From an uncultured Gammaproteobacteria bacterium (GTDB lineage: Bacteria > Patescibacteriota > Microgenomatia > JAMCZE01): 64,000 bases of DNA. The stretch is from contig CAZXMM010000001.1 of the NCBI GenBank assembly GCA_964641255.1, forward strand, positions 873,890-937,889, written 5' to 3'. Every line of letters starts with the position of its first letter. Position 1 is the stretch's first letter. Below are positions 9,639 through 20,270 of the stretch, piece by piece. A program made the position numbers and the translations under genes. The notes under the pieces were generated by a model that did not search any database, was not told the DNA's origin, and worked only from the letters and a program-made list of their open reading frames with translations.

Positions 9639-11705
9639 TCAGTTTACCTGCTCAGCCTCTGGAACTTTTGGCTTATTCCAGGAAGCATAGTCGCACTCAG
9701 GGTAGCGACTACAACCGTAAAAGGTTTTTTTGCTGCGGGTGGTTTTGACCACCACTTCGCCAATACTACATTTTGGACAAGAGACATCAATTTTTCTCAC
9801 GAAGGGTTTAGTGAACTTGCACTCTGGAAAAGTACTGCAAGCTAAAAACTTGCCAAACTTGCCGACCCTGACCACAAGAGCTGCACCACAGTTGGGGCAT
9901 TTTTCGTCAGTTTCTAAAACGGCAATCCTTACTCTCTCGGCGCTTTCACTTACTTCATTTAGCTGTTTAGCAAACGGGTCGTAAAAGTTCTTAATTACCG
10001 CAATCCAGTCCTTTTTAGTCCCATTGGCTATCTCATCAAGCTCGTCTTCCATTTTGGCAGTAAACTGGTAGTCAAAAAGACTGGGGAAATGAGTCAGTAA
10101 AAAGTCGGTAACTGCTGACCCGAGAGCGGTGGGAATGAGCCGCTTGTCTAGTTTTTCTACGTATTGCCGCTCCAAAATTGTAGAAATAATCGGCGCATAA
10201 GTGGAGGGGCGACCGATACCGTACTCTTCCAAAATTTTAATCAGTGAGGCTTCGCTAAACCGGGGCGGGGGCAAAGTAAAGTGCTTGCCAAAATCAAGTT
10301 GTAAAAGTGAGAGATCCTCGTTAAGAGTAAGTGGGGGCAACGACCGGTCGTCTTTTTCTCCACCCGCCTCCGTAGCGTCAGTTGGATCTTTTTCTTCTTT
10401 GGTTTGGGTTTTGGGAAATAGCACTTGCCAGCCGTCAAAAAGGACAACGGTCCCGCTGGCCCGGAAAGTGTAATTGCTCCCAGCGCTGATATCGACTGTA
10501 GTTTGTTCTGACCTCGCTTCAGTCATCTGGGAGGCTACAAAGCGTTTCCAGATAAGCTCGTACAATCTACCCTGCTCCCGATCTCTAGCATGGATAGCCT
10601 CGGTTTTTAATAGGGCGTTAGTAGGTCTAATCGCTTCGTGGGCCTCCTGAGCTACTTTTGACTTAGTTTTAAAGAGCCTGGGAGATTCTGGCAGGTAATT
10701 TGCTCCGAAGTCTTGACCAATAAAATCTCGAACGGCAGTGACCGCTTCGACAGCAAGATTAGTGGAATCGGTGCGGTGATAAGTGATAAGTCCCTGTTCA
10801 TAAAGGTTTTGGGCGATTTGCATGGTCCGTTTAGCACTCCAACCATAAACACTGGCAGCTGCCTGTTGCAAGGTTGAAGTAGTAAATGGAGCGTAAGGAT
10901 TTCGTTTCACTTCCCTTTTGGCAATGTTAGCCACTTTATAACTAACACCGCTTAGTTCAGATACCACTCTATCTACCTGGTCTTTAGTATTAATTACTGC
11001 TTCTTTACTATCTATTTTATGTAGCTTGGCCTCAAAAGTGGTTGGACTTACCCCAGTAACCTGTCGTAGTAAAGCGGTTACTTCCCAGTATTCGATCGGC
11101 CTAAACCGTTCAATTTCCCGTTCCCGCTCCACGATTAAACGAACTGCCACACTCTGCACTCGACCAGCTGACAACCCGCGACGAATCTTACGCCATAGTA
11201 ATGGCGACAGCTTGTAACCTACTAGCCGATCCAAAACTCTCCGTGCCTGTTGAGCATCCACTAGAGGCATGTTAAGACTACCTGGATGAGACAGAGCCTC
11301 TTTAATCGCCTTTTCAGTAATCTCGTGGAAAGTGATCCGCTGAAACTGTTTCGGCTTCTCGTGGCCCCGCCGAGATTTTTTATCCGCCCCGGGAGTAAGT
11401 AACGTAGCAATATGCCAAGCGATTGCCTCTCCCTCCCTATCTGGATCAGTCGCCAGCGTTATGGTTTCAGCTTGTTTGGCTATAGCCTGAAGCTCCTTGA
11501 CTCGGTCGGCTTTTTTGGCTGGTACCACGTAAGTGAGAGCAAAATTCTTCTCTACCGCTATACCGAGCCTACTCTCAGGTAAATCTCGAACGTGACCCAT
11601 TGACGCCTCAATTTGGTAATTTTGGCCAAGAAACCGCGACAGGGTTCGGGCTTTGGTTGGTGACTCGACAATAATAAGATGCATACGGGTTAATAGTGGA
11701 ACCAT
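9639..11705 (-). CDS. topA: DNA topoisomerase I
   Basis: TOPRIM N-terminus LIIVESPTKARTL, catalytic domain, C-terminal Zn-ribbon repeats (CPNCGA..CSTFPEC, CPKC..CSRYPEC). Confidence 0.9.
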   Translation of the reverse strand: MVPLLTRMHLIIVESPTKARTLSRFLGQNYQIEASMGHVRDLPESRLGIAVEKNFALTYVVPAKKADRVKELQAIAKQAETITLATDPDREGEAIAWHIATLLTPGADKKSRRGHEKPKQFQRITFHEITEKAIKEALSHPGSLNMPLVDAQQARRVLDRLVGYKLSPLLWRKIRRGLSAGRVQSVAVRLIVEREREIERFRPIEYWEVTALLRQVTGVSPTTFEAKLHKIDSKEAVINTKDQVDRVVSELSGVSYKVANIAKREVKRNPYAPFTTSTLQQAAASVYGWSAKRTMQIAQNLYEQGLITYHRTDSTNLAVEAVTAVRDFIGQDFGANYLPESPRLFKTKSKVAQEAHEAIRPTNALLKTEAIHARDREQGRLYELIWKRFVASQMTEARSEQTTVDISAGSNYTFRASGTVVLFDGWQVLFPKTQTKEEKDPTDATEAGGEKDDRSLPPLTLNEDLSLLQLDFGKHFTLPPPRFSEASLIKILEEYGIGRPSTYAPIISTILERQYVEKLDKRLIPTALGSAVTDFLLTHFPSLFDYQFTAKMEDELDEIANGTKKDWIAVIKNFYDPFAKQLNEVSESAERVRIAVLETDEKCPNCGAALVVRVGKFGKFLACSTFPECKFTKPFVRKIDVSCPKCSIGEVVVKTTRSKKTFYGCSRYPECDYASWNKPKVPEAEQVN

Positions 11706-11733
11706 TGTAAGCTATCTGTCAAGAGTAGCCGAT

Positions 11734-12378
11734 TTAGCTTAGGGCGGCAATAATGTCTGCGACACTAGTAACGGGGGTAGCGCCTTGACTGATAAGGAAA
11801 TTAGTGCCTTTGGAGACTTCAGAGTTTATAGGTCCGGGTACAACCAAGACCTCTTTCCCTTGCTCAAGAGCCATTCGGGCTGTGATAAGGCTGCCAGATT
11901 TCATTGCTGCTTCGGTGATTAAGACTGCCACCGCCACTCCAGAAATTAGCCGATTTCGAGCAGCAAACGTCCATTTATTTACTACCTGGCCTGGTGGTAT
12001 TTCGGACATAATTACCCCCCCGGAAGTAATAATATCCGTTGCTAGCTGCTTATTGGTCTGGGGGTAGATACGATCAACGTCAGTTCCTAAAACAGCAATC
12101 GTCTTACCACCCAAGTCCAGAGTAGTCTGGTGGGCAACGGTATCCACACCTCTTGCCAACCCCGAAACAATTACAAATCCTCTGGCGACCAAGCCACTCG
12201 TAAGAGTAGTGGTAATTTCCCGACCGTAACTACTAATTTGCCTAGTGCCCACCACCCCGATAATCTGCCGCTCGTTGAAAAGTTGCTCGAGCGCCTCTTC
12301 GGTAAGCCTAGTCCTGACAAAAATCTGTTTGGGGGGATCAGGAATTAGGTGTAGTTGTGGTGGAAAAAACGTGGTCAT
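11734..12378 (-). CDS. dprA: DNA processing protein DprA/Smf (short form)
   Basis: GLARGVDTVAHQ..., Rossmann-like DprA core; adjacent to topA as in many bacteria. Confidence 0.75.
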   Translation of the reverse strand: MTTFFPPQLHLIPDPPKQIFVRTRLTEEALEQLFNERQIIGVVGTRQISSYGREITTTLTSGLVARGFVIVSGLARGVDTVAHQTTLDLGGKTIAVLGTDVDRIYPQTNKQLATDIITSGGVIMSEIPPGQVVNKWTFAARNRLISGVAVAVLITEAAMKSGSLITARMALEQGKEVLVVPGPINSEVSKGTNFLISQGATPVTSVADIIAALS

Positions 12379-14132
12379 TGAGTTCCAAATTTGGCTTCGA
12401 GAATACTTTTAACTATAGGTGCAGCCACATCAGACCCCTCACCGCCAGCTTCCACTAGCACTGTAATAACCACTTCTGGTTTATCAGCAGGAGCAAAAGC
12501 GGTGAGCCACGCATGGGTACGATTTTTCGGATCGCCAAATTCGGCTGTTCCGGTCTTACAAGCGACCGGTACTTTAAAGTTAAAGAGTGGATAGGCGGTA
12601 CCACCAATAGAGCAAGCTGCCACCATACCACGCTTAACTATCCCTAGGGTTTGGTCAGTGATTCCGGTGGCTAGACAGTCTGAAACAGTAGAGTTTTTGT
12701 CGCCAGGTGGACCGAAGTGTTTTAACACTTGGGGGCGACATAATTTTCCCCCATTAGCAATGACACTAGTCCAGGCATTAACTTGCAGTGGGGTTGTTAG
12801 TAAATAACCCTGGCCGATAGCTAAGTGGTAAGTATCACCCAGGTACCAACTTTTGCTCATTTCTTTTTGCCAACTAAGAGACGGAAAAGTGCCACTACTC
12901 TCTCCAGGTAAGTCAATCCCCAACCTACCGTTACCGCCCAACTTCTTGGTCCAAATTTCCAAATTATCTCGCCCAATTAATTCTCCTGCCTTGTAAAAGT
13001 AAATGTCATTACTCTTTTGTAGCGCCCCTATGACGTTAAGCGTTCCTTGAGTACCTCCATCCTTCAAATATTTCCAATTGGGAAACTTGTACGGACCAAT
13101 AATTAATACTCCCGTGTCCTCGACCTGGAAATCTTCAGAAATTGACCGACTTTCTAACCCAGCTGTTGCTGTCACTATTTTATATGTCGATCCTGGGGGG
13201 TAAGTCCCGCCCACTCCTCGGTCAAACAATGGTCTTTTTTGGTCGGTGAATATTGCCGTGACTCTAGCGCTTTGCTCAGCAGTAGAAAGCAATAAGTCGG
13301 TAAACACATTGGGGTTAAAAGAGGGACTAGAAAAAAGAGCTAATACTTCTCCATTTGCCGGATTAGTAACCACGACTGCCCCACTCTTATTAGCCATTGC
13401 CAAAGCCGCCACCCGCTGCAAATTCCAGTCCAGATTAAGGGTCAGATTTTGCCCAGGAATTGGCTCGGTAGTACCCAGGGTGCGAATCTCTTGGCCCAAA
13501 GCATCCACTTCAATGACACTTACCCCGTCTTTGCCGCGTAAGTAGTCTTGATAATATTCTTCGACCCCGGCTCGACCAATTCGATCGCCCAACTTATATC
13601 CGTGGGGAGTTTGTAGCTCCTTTGGGGTAACCTCTGAGACATAGCCGAGAATGTGGGCAGTCGCTTCAGCAAAAACATAGAATCTACTACTATCAAGCTC
13701 GAGCTGCTGACCCCTAGCTAATCCTCTTGCCTCTAAATCAATCGCCTGATCCTTAGAAATCACTTGAGCTTTACACGGAGAGCCGGATGGTTCAGTCGCG
13801 CAATCAACCAGTCGAAACGCCGGCAAATTATTAACCAGGGCCTGACCGTTACGGTCGAAAATTATTCCTCTGGGGGCGTGGAGAGTGACTTTTTTAGCCC
13901 GATTGTCATTAGAAAGCGCCCGGTAGTAGTGGCCCATTACGATTTGGGTCCAAAATAGACGGCCACATAAAACTAACACCGCCGCCAAAATAGAGACCTT
14001 TAGAATTAGAACTCTAAACTGTGGGGAAACATTATCATCATCACCGCCTTGGCCGAGTCGTCCCCGACCACGAAGCACTGAGGGCTTAGAACTAGCCAAA
14101 ACTCCATCACCTAGTCCATCTGTAAGTTTCAT
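12375..14132 (-). CDS. mrdA: penicillin-binding protein 2 (transpeptidase)
   Basis: N-terminal TM, SxxK (STYK), KTG(T) motifs; follows mreBCD. Confidence 0.8.
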   Translation of the reverse strand: MKLTDGLGDGVLASSKPSVLRGRGRLGQGGDDDNVSPQFRVLILKVSILAAVLVLCGRLFWTQIVMGHYYRALSNDNRAKKVTLHAPRGIIFDRNGQALVNNLPAFRLVDCATEPSGSPCKAQVISKDQAIDLEARGLARGQQLELDSSRFYVFAEATAHILGYVSEVTPKELQTPHGYKLGDRIGRAGVEEYYQDYLRGKDGVSVIEVDALGQEIRTLGTTEPIPGQNLTLNLDWNLQRVAALAMANKSGAVVVTNPANGEVLALFSSPSFNPNVFTDLLLSTAEQSARVTAIFTDQKRPLFDRGVGGTYPPGSTYKIVTATAGLESRSISEDFQVEDTGVLIIGPYKFPNWKYLKDGGTQGTLNVIGALQKSNDIYFYKAGELIGRDNLEIWTKKLGGNGRLGIDLPGESSGTFPSLSWQKEMSKSWYLGDTYHLAIGQGYLLTTPLQVNAWTSVIANGGKLCRPQVLKHFGPPGDKNSTVSDCLATGITDQTLGIVKRGMVAACSIGGTAYPLFNFKVPVACKTGTAEFGDPKNRTHAWLTAFAPADKPEVVITVLVEAGGEGSDVAAPIVKSILEAKFGTQ

Positions 14133-14142
14133 GAGAGTAAAA

Positions 14143-14472
14143 TTAAAAGTGCATTATTCCCTGGCGCAGTAATATAAAAACCAAGCTTTCAAGCAATAGG
14201 GTTATTACGATTACAATCTTGGTTTGGCTCTTAAACCTGGGCATTAAACCGAAGCAAGTTGCGCAATAAGACAGAAGTAGTACGGCGCTAAGTCCCAATG
14301 GCTGAAGCCACAGCAAATCCACACTAACCCCACTGATAAAGGCCAGTGCGTAGACTTTCTTCTGCTCCACCTGTCGCCAGATAGCCACGGCTAGAACTAG
14401 AGCGGGCCAAAAAAAAGCGTCAACCACTCCTAAACTAAAAACCGCCACCAAAGCTAAAAGATAGTAAAGCAT
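14143..14472 (-). CDS. mreD: rod shape-determining protein MreD-like membrane protein
   Basis: 109-aa polytopic membrane protein located between mreC and mrdA. Confidence 0.5.
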   Translation of the reverse strand: MLYYLLALVAVFSLGVVDAFFWPALVLAVAIWRQVEQKKVYALAFISGVSVDLLWLQPLGLSAVLLLSYCATCFGLMPRFKSQTKIVIVITLLLESLVFILLRQGIMHF

Positions 14473-14473
14473 A

Positions 14474-15244
14474 CTAATTGATAGGTAAAAATACCGTTGT
14501 TAAGCGCCCATAATCAATCAGCGGTCGCACCTCGCCTCTGACAAATAAGTCGGTATCCTTGCTATTTTTGGAAACGACTTTCCCAATCACCAGCCCGGGG
14601 GCAAAGACACCATCTTCACCGCTGGTTAGCACCACGTCCCCCTCGAGCACTTCTTCATTTTGAGCTACCCGATCAAAAAAAATGCTACTGTTAAACTGCC
14701 CTACCGCCAGGCAGTGTGCCTGGCGAATCCGACAGGGAATTTTTGACCCCCCTCCGGTTGGCAGCTCGACAAAACTTACCTGCGGGGTAACCTTAATCAC
14801 TCTGCCGACTAAATTATTTAAATAGGTAACACTTTGGCCTACTCTGATACTATCTTGACTGCCCTTAGCAATTATCAGTCCAGTACCCGCCCCGACCACT
14901 AAAGCAGAGGAAAAACGAGACTGAGCGACACTGACCTCGCCAAGTTGTTTCCGCAGTTCCAAATTCTCCCTTTCCAGGGCCCCCACTCGTTCAGCCGCAG
15001 CAGTAAGTTCAGCGTTACGCTCTTCCAGACTCCTGATTCGCACTTCCCCCGAACGCCAGAAGGCCACTACTAACAGGCTATCAGTTAGACCCCCCCGAAG
15101 AGCGTGTGCCCCCATTTGGATCGGTAGCGTCGCTACCGCAGTGAACGAGAAAAATGGAGCAGTCAAACGAGTCCAATCAAGAATTAGTAGCAAAAAGGCG
15201 GCTGCTAAAAACAGACTGAGAGAACGATAATCTAGGATTTTCAT
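14474..15244 (-). CDS. mreC: rod shape-determining protein MreC
   Basis: N-terminal TM, coiled coil (EERNAELTAAAERVGALERENLELRKQL), beta-rich C-terminus; operon position. Confidence 0.7.
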   Translation of the reverse strand: MKILDYRSLSLFLAAAFLLLILDWTRLTAPFFSFTAVATLPIQMGAHALRGGLTDSLLVVAFWRSGEVRIRSLEERNAELTAAAERVGALERENLELRKQLGEVSVAQSRFSSALVVGAGTGLIIAKGSQDSIRVGQSVTYLNNLVGRVIKVTPQVSFVELPTGGGSKIPCRIRQAHCLAVGQFNSSIFFDRVAQNEEVLEGDVVLTSGEDGVFAPGLVIGKVVSKNSKDTDLFVRGEVRPLIDYGRLTTVFLPIN

Positions 15245-16296
15245 TATTTTAAGCCTCCCGTGACCCGCACTCGTGCTAACAATTTATCATCGGTCAACAC
15301 TTTGCCAGTTCCTCGTACTACAGCCGTTAACGGCTGATCAGCCACCCAAACTGGCATCTTAGTCGCCTCAGACAAAGCTAAGTCTATGTGCCTTAGCAAG
15401 GCTCCACCGCCAGCAATCGCTATGCCCCGATTTAAAATATCAGACACTAGTTCGGGAGGTGTTAGTTCAATCAACTCTTTAATGGCTCCAAAGATTTGAT
15501 TAATTATTGGCCCAAGTGCTTCGCGAATTTCGGTTTCGGAGATTTTTAGTGATTTTGGAAGTCCAGTGGCTAAGTCCCGTCCTCTGACAACCGAGTAACG
15601 TTCTTCTTCACCTTTTTGAGGATAAGCGCTACCAATAGCAATTTTAATTTGCTCAGCTGTGGGTTGGCCAATAAGCACTCCGTATTTAAGTCGCAAAAAA
15701 CTAACAATTGCTTCATCCATCTTATCCCCTGCTACCCGAATCGACTTATTGACAACAATCCCACCGAGCGAAGTCACAGCAATTTCCGTTGTTCCCCCAC
15801 CAATATCCACAATTATGCTCCCAGCCGAATCGTCAACTGGTAAACCAATCCCAATAGCTGCTGCCATTGGCTCCTCAATGAGATAAGCCCTCCTGGCTCC
15901 TGCCGAAAGGGCCGCCTCCTGAACCGCCCGCCTTTCCACCGGTGTTACTCCTGAGGGAATGCCAATGACCACTTTGGGCTTGGGAATTTTTGGAATCAGC
16001 CCGGGTGTTTGGTGCACTAGCTTAATATAGTGAGCCAACATCGCCGCAGTGGCATCAAAGTCAGAAATTACTCCGTCCCGCAAGGGGCGAATAACGGAAA
16101 TCGTGGCTGGTGCCCGACCAGTCATCTTCTTGGCTTCGGTGCCGATGTCTATGAGTTGTTTGGTCTTTTTATGAATTGCTACCACACTGGGCTCGTTAAT
16201 AATAATTCCCTTACCCTTAACCATGACGAGGGTGTTGGCGGTGCCCAAATCAATTCCCATGTCGTGTGAAATTAGCGAGAAGAGGTAATCAAGCAT
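15244..16296 (-). CDS. mreB: rod shape-determining protein MreB (actin-like)
   Basis: MGIDLGTANTLVMVKGKGIIINEPSVVAI..., 350 aa. Confidence 0.9.
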   Translation of the reverse strand: MLDYLFSLISHDMGIDLGTANTLVMVKGKGIIINEPSVVAIHKKTKQLIDIGTEAKKMTGRAPATISVIRPLRDGVISDFDATAAMLAHYIKLVHQTPGLIPKIPKPKVVIGIPSGVTPVERRAVQEAALSAGARRAYLIEEPMAAAIGIGLPVDDSAGSIIVDIGGGTTEIAVTSLGGIVVNKSIRVAGDKMDEAIVSFLRLKYGVLIGQPTAEQIKIAIGSAYPQKGEEERYSVVRGRDLATGLPKSLKISETEIREALGPIINQIFGAIKELIELTPPELVSDILNRGIAIAGGGALLRHIDLALSEATKMPVWVADQPLTAVVRGTGKVLTDDKLLARVRVTGGLK

Positions 16297-16343
16297 AGTC
16301 TTTTAGTTAGTTGTGTTTGCAGTATAGCAATGGCGTTGTTAGA

Positions 16344-18488
16344 ATGAAATCCATCATGGAAAAACTAGCGCACCGTGTAATTGACTGGTCCTTCTGTTTG
16401 TTGTTTTTTCTTATTCCTCTAGTCTTTTTTTCCGGCTCTTTTGAGTTGTTTGAATACAACAAAATGATGGTCACATATGCTTTAACTACAGTCATCATTG
16501 CCGCCTGGCTAGTCAAAATTATCGCTTCAGGAGTAAACCTGGCTAAACCCTGGAAACTAGTACCACCAAACCCCTTTAATCTTCCCATCGCTTTATATTT
16601 GGTGGCTCATATTATTTCGACTGTGACCAGTATCGATCCCCATGTATCTATTTGGGGCTACTATAGCCGCTTCCACGAAGGACTGCTGGCAACAATTTGT
16701 TACGTCAGTCTGTTTTATGCGGCTATTACTAATTTAACTAAAACGAGTGTCCAAAAAATTATTGTTAGCTCTTTCGGAGCGGCAGCTATTGTGGCACTTT
16801 GGGGGATAGCCGAACATTTTGGCGCTTCGCCATCGTGTTTGTTTATTACTAAACAACTCAATAATAGTTGTTGGATCCAAGACGTAACCAATCGGGTGTT
16901 TGCCACTTTGGGCCAACCCAACTGGATGGCCGCCTATCTCGATATTATAATCCTCGTTCTCATTGGTTATAGTCTCGATCTAAAAAAATCAGGAGCCACT
17001 ACTAGGAAATTTATAGTCCTGCTTTTTCTCGCTTTCATCGCCCTCTTATTTACTAAATCGCGCTCAGGACTAGTCGGACTAGCTACTGGAGGACTAGTCT
17101 TTATCGGTACCTACGGTTTTTCCCGAGCGCTTGTCCCCCTCATTTCTGCTCTGATCATTGGGACCGCAATTTTTGGTCTACCCCTTCCTCACCTGGATAA
17201 ATTTTCCCTATCTACTCTAGTTAATAGCCAAACGGCAGGTTCTAAAAAATCGGTCGATACCACTACCCCGGACTTCTTTATTAGCGAATCAGGTGACATC
17301 CGCAAAATCGTCTGGGAAGGAGCGGTCCGTGTCTGGCAACGCTACCCACTCTTTGGTTCTGGTGTAGAAACATTTGCTTATAGCTATTATCTCGACCGGC
17401 CGGTTGAACACAATTTAGTTTCAGAATGGGACTTTCTCTACAATAAAGCACACAATGAATTTCTTAATATTTTAGCCACTACTGGAACGGTAGGAATGCT
17501 CGCCTTTCTCTACTTAATCATAAGTTATTGTTTTTGGGTGATAAAATCACTGCTAGTGTCCAAATCCCCCCCCAGCACAGTGATCTTGGGACTTTTTGCT
17601 GCCTATATCTCGCTGCTGGTAACTAATTTTTTTGGGTTTTCGGTAGTAATTATTGGTCTGTTCTTTTTTCTGATTCCCGCCTTTAGCTGGGTATTAAACG
17701 ACACTCAAAACCACGAAATTAGCCAGGCCAATAAAGGACTAACTACTAGTCGCCTGTTAGCAATCGGCCTAACTATAACTATCGCCGCAGTGATACTTTC
17801 TCGGCTCTATGGCATGTGGCAGGCCGATAAAAACTACGCTTATGGCCGCAACCTTAATGGTATTAATGACTACGTCTCTGGCTACCCCTACCTACTAAGT
17901 GCCGTTTCGGCCAATCCTAATGAGCCCACTTTCAGAGACGAACTTTCTTATAGCGAAGCGGTTTTGGCCTCGCTAATATTTCGCACTGTTTCTCAGTCTG
18001 AAGCTACTCCAGCCGCTAATTTTTCCATGGAGACGGTCTTACCCAGAGTTAACCTCTCTGGCAACCAGTTAGTAGCAGCTGCCATTTCTGACTCAAACAC
18101 TGTCGTACAATACTCGCCAAATTCGATGCCTTTTTGGAAAACTAGGACCAAGCTATTTTATCAACTGGCTACCATCGACCCCAAATACCTAAAGGAGGCC
18201 TTAGTCGCTATCCAGACGGCTGCCAAGCTAGCTCCCAGTGACGCCAAGGTGCACTACAATCTGGCAATTGTCTTAAGTCAACTCGGTCAAATCCCGGATG
18301 CTATCACCGTCTTAGAGCAGACTATCAAAATGAAGCCCAATTACCGCGAAGCTCGTTTTCAACTCGGGCTGAGTTACGAGCTCGTGGGCCAAAGAACTAA
18401 GGCCAGAGCGCAGATGGAAGAAATCCTCAAACGCGACACTAAAGATAGCGAAGCCCAAAAGTGGCTAAACGACCACCCCGCTAACTAA
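16344..18488 (+). CDS. O-antigen ligase (Wzy_C)-like polytopic membrane protein with C-terminal TPR repeats
   Basis: KAHNEFLNILATTGTVGMLAFLYL Wzy_C-type motif; C-terminal TPR-like helices; start moved to internal Met because the ORF-track start is 14 bp from the divergent mreB start. Confidence 0.6.
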   Translation: MKSIMEKLAHRVIDWSFCLLFFLIPLVFFSGSFELFEYNKMMVTYALTTVIIAAWLVKIIASGVNLAKPWKLVPPNPFNLPIALYLVAHIISTVTSIDPHVSIWGYYSRFHEGLLATICYVSLFYAAITNLTKTSVQKIIVSSFGAAAIVALWGIAEHFGASPSCLFITKQLNNSCWIQDVTNRVFATLGQPNWMAAYLDIIILVLIGYSLDLKKSGATTRKFIVLLFLAFIALLFTKSRSGLVGLATGGLVFIGTYGFSRALVPLISALIIGTAIFGLPLPHLDKFSLSTLVNSQTAGSKKSVDTTTPDFFISESGDIRKIVWEGAVRVWQRYPLFGSGVETFAYSYYLDRPVEHNLVSEWDFLYNKAHNEFLNILATTGTVGMLAFLYLIISYCFWVIKSLLVSKSPPSTVILGLFAAYISLLVTNFFGFSVVIIGLFFFLIPAFSWVLNDTQNHEISQANKGLTTSRLLAIGLTITIAAVILSRLYGMWQADKNYAYGRNLNGINDYVSGYPYLLSAVSANPNEPTFRDELSYSEAVLASLIFRTVSQSEATPAANFSMETVLPRVNLSGNQLVAAAISDSNTVVQYSPNSMPFWKTRTKLFYQLATIDPKYLKEALVAIQTAAKLAPSDAKVHYNLAIVLSQLGQIPDAITVLEQTIKMKPNYREARFQLGLSYELVGQRTKARAQMEEILKRDTKDSEAQKWLNDHPAN

Positions 18489-19573
18489 GTTGTCCGGTCA
18501 ACCATGTAGTGAGCAATACCCTCGATGTAATCAATGGCCAAGGGATTTAGGCCCTTAATCTTTCGCAATTGGTAAGCGCTTTTTGCTGCTAAAATGGCAA
18601 AATCTCTAGCCCGTTGACACGAATAATCGTACGAGCCCGAAGCAATTATTGCCCGCTTTAGAGCCGCTATTTGGGCCTTGGTGGCGACGCGCCTACCCCA
18701 AACCGGTTTCAGTGTCGCCTTTTGAGACTTTGTCCCTCGCTGAAGTAACGTATGAATAAGGAGGGTACACTTCCCCTGGAGCAAATCTGAGTCCGCCGAT
18801 TTTCCGGTTTTTTCAGGAGTCCCAAAAACTCCCAAAAGATCATCCTGGAGCTGAAAAGCGACCCCACCAGCCATGGCGTATTCACTAAGGAGCTTTAAAA
18901 CCACTGGGTCCGAGATACCTCCTAGGTAAGCCCCAATCAACAGCGGATTCTCATATGTATAGATGGCGCTTTTAGCCTTGTGCAAAGTAATTACGTCGTC
19001 CTCACTCCACTGCCCTAGCGATTCTAAAATTAAATCGTAAGCTTGCCCGTAAGCTGTATTGACAATGCCTCGAAGCATTTTTTGCAAGGCTTTAGCATTG
19101 CCACATCTACTTAAAAGCTCGTACCCAAGCGCTGAAAGAGCGTCTCCAGCACAAACCGTGATGCCGGCGGCAGTATGCTCACTAACTTTAGCCTTGCTTT
19201 CGTAGTATTTGTGAGTAGTCGGCCCGCCTCGCCGCACGGCGTCTCCATCCATAAAATCGTCATGCATCAGCAGTCCGGTATGGACTATCTCTACAGCCAT
19301 CGCGGCATTCCAGACCTCACTTGTAAACTCCTTACCACTTAGGGCAAAACCGTAATTGACCAAAGAACCCCGTAGTCTCTTGGCTGGTCTTAAATTGTGC
19401 TCCTTGGAGTGGGTCAGCAGCTCGGCCACCATGACTTTCTGGCGCTCGTTAAAACCAAAGTGCAGTGACAGCTCGGAGTTAAAATATGCCGCCAGCTTGG
19501 CATCAATAACTGGCACATAGTCACTTAAAGTTTGCTTGGCTCTGAGTCCTAAATTCATACGCGCCACGCCCAA
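18485..19573 (-). CDS. polyprenyl (geranylgeranyl/farnesyl) diphosphate synthase
   Basis: Two aspartate-rich motifs HDDFMDGD and QLQDDLLG. Confidence 0.8.
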   Translation of the reverse strand: MGVARMNLGLRAKQTLSDYVPVIDAKLAAYFNSELSLHFGFNERQKVMVAELLTHSKEHNLRPAKRLRGSLVNYGFALSGKEFTSEVWNAAMAVEIVHTGLLMHDDFMDGDAVRRGGPTTHKYYESKAKVSEHTAAGITVCAGDALSALGYELLSRCGNAKALQKMLRGIVNTAYGQAYDLILESLGQWSEDDVITLHKAKSAIYTYENPLLIGAYLGGISDPVVLKLLSEYAMAGGVAFQLQDDLLGVFGTPEKTGKSADSDLLQGKCTLLIHTLLQRGTKSQKATLKPVWGRRVATKAQIAALKRAIIASGSYDYSCQRARDFAILAAKSAYQLRKIKGLNPLAIDYIEGIAHYMVDRTT

Positions 19574-19664
19574 TCGATAAAAAAAGCACCATAAGGTAGT
19601 GCTTCTGTCACTTTAGCATTGTCGAGAGTAAAAAAATAGCCACCACTCTTGCTATAATTCTCTT

Positions 19665-20237
19665 ATGTATCCGATTGTTGTCGCCCCCAATAGTGTTTTA
19701 AGTACCAAAACTGAGGAGGTTTCCTTCTTTGGCGCCAAACTGGAAAAGATAGTTTCAGCGATGACTGAAACTCTATTGGCCCAAAAAGACCCTGAAGGTG
19801 TAGGACTCGCCGCCAATCAAGTCGGACTATCCCTAAAGCTGTTTCTAGCTCGCTTTGATACCAAAAAGAGCTCTCCCATCCACGTGTTCATCAACCCCAC
19901 CATAGTGAACCACAGCGAACAGTTACAGCCCAGTGAAACCGATAAGCACGCCTCTCTGGAAGGCTGCCTCTCGATCCCCAAATTCTACGGACTGGTTAAA
20001 CGGTACGCTACCATTACGCTTGAATACCAAATTCCGAAGGATCGTAATTATGACCAACTAGTCACTAAAGTAGACACTTTTACCGGCTTTGCGGCGGTGG
20101 TTCTTCAACACGAACTGGACCACTTGGCCGGACACCTGTTTGTTGAGCGGATCCTGGAACAGAAAGGGCGCCTGTATAAAATCACCGGTCGTGATAAGCG
20201 GGGTAAAGAGGTCTGGGAAGAAGTTGAGCTCGGTTGA
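19665..20237 (+). CDS. def: peptide deformylase
   Basis: EGCLSIP and HELDHL metal-binding motifs. Confidence 0.85.
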   Translation: MYPIVVAPNSVLSTKTEEVSFFGAKLEKIVSAMTETLLAQKDPEGVGLAANQVGLSLKLFLARFDTKKSSPIHVFINPTIVNHSEQLQPSETDKHASLEGCLSIPKFYGLVKRYATITLEYQIPKDRNYDQLVTKVDTFTGFAAVVLQHELDHLAGHLFVERILEQKGRLYKITGRDKRGKEVWEEVELG

Positions 20238-20270
20238 AATTACTGTCTATCTTATAGTAAGATAGCGGGC

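Noticed and set aside
16311-16343. ORF-track start of the O-antigen-ligase/TPR gene at 16311
   Set aside because: It would leave only 14 bp between divergent start codons of this gene and mreB. The internal Met at 16344 (MKSIMEKL) was preferred, though the exact start is uncertain.
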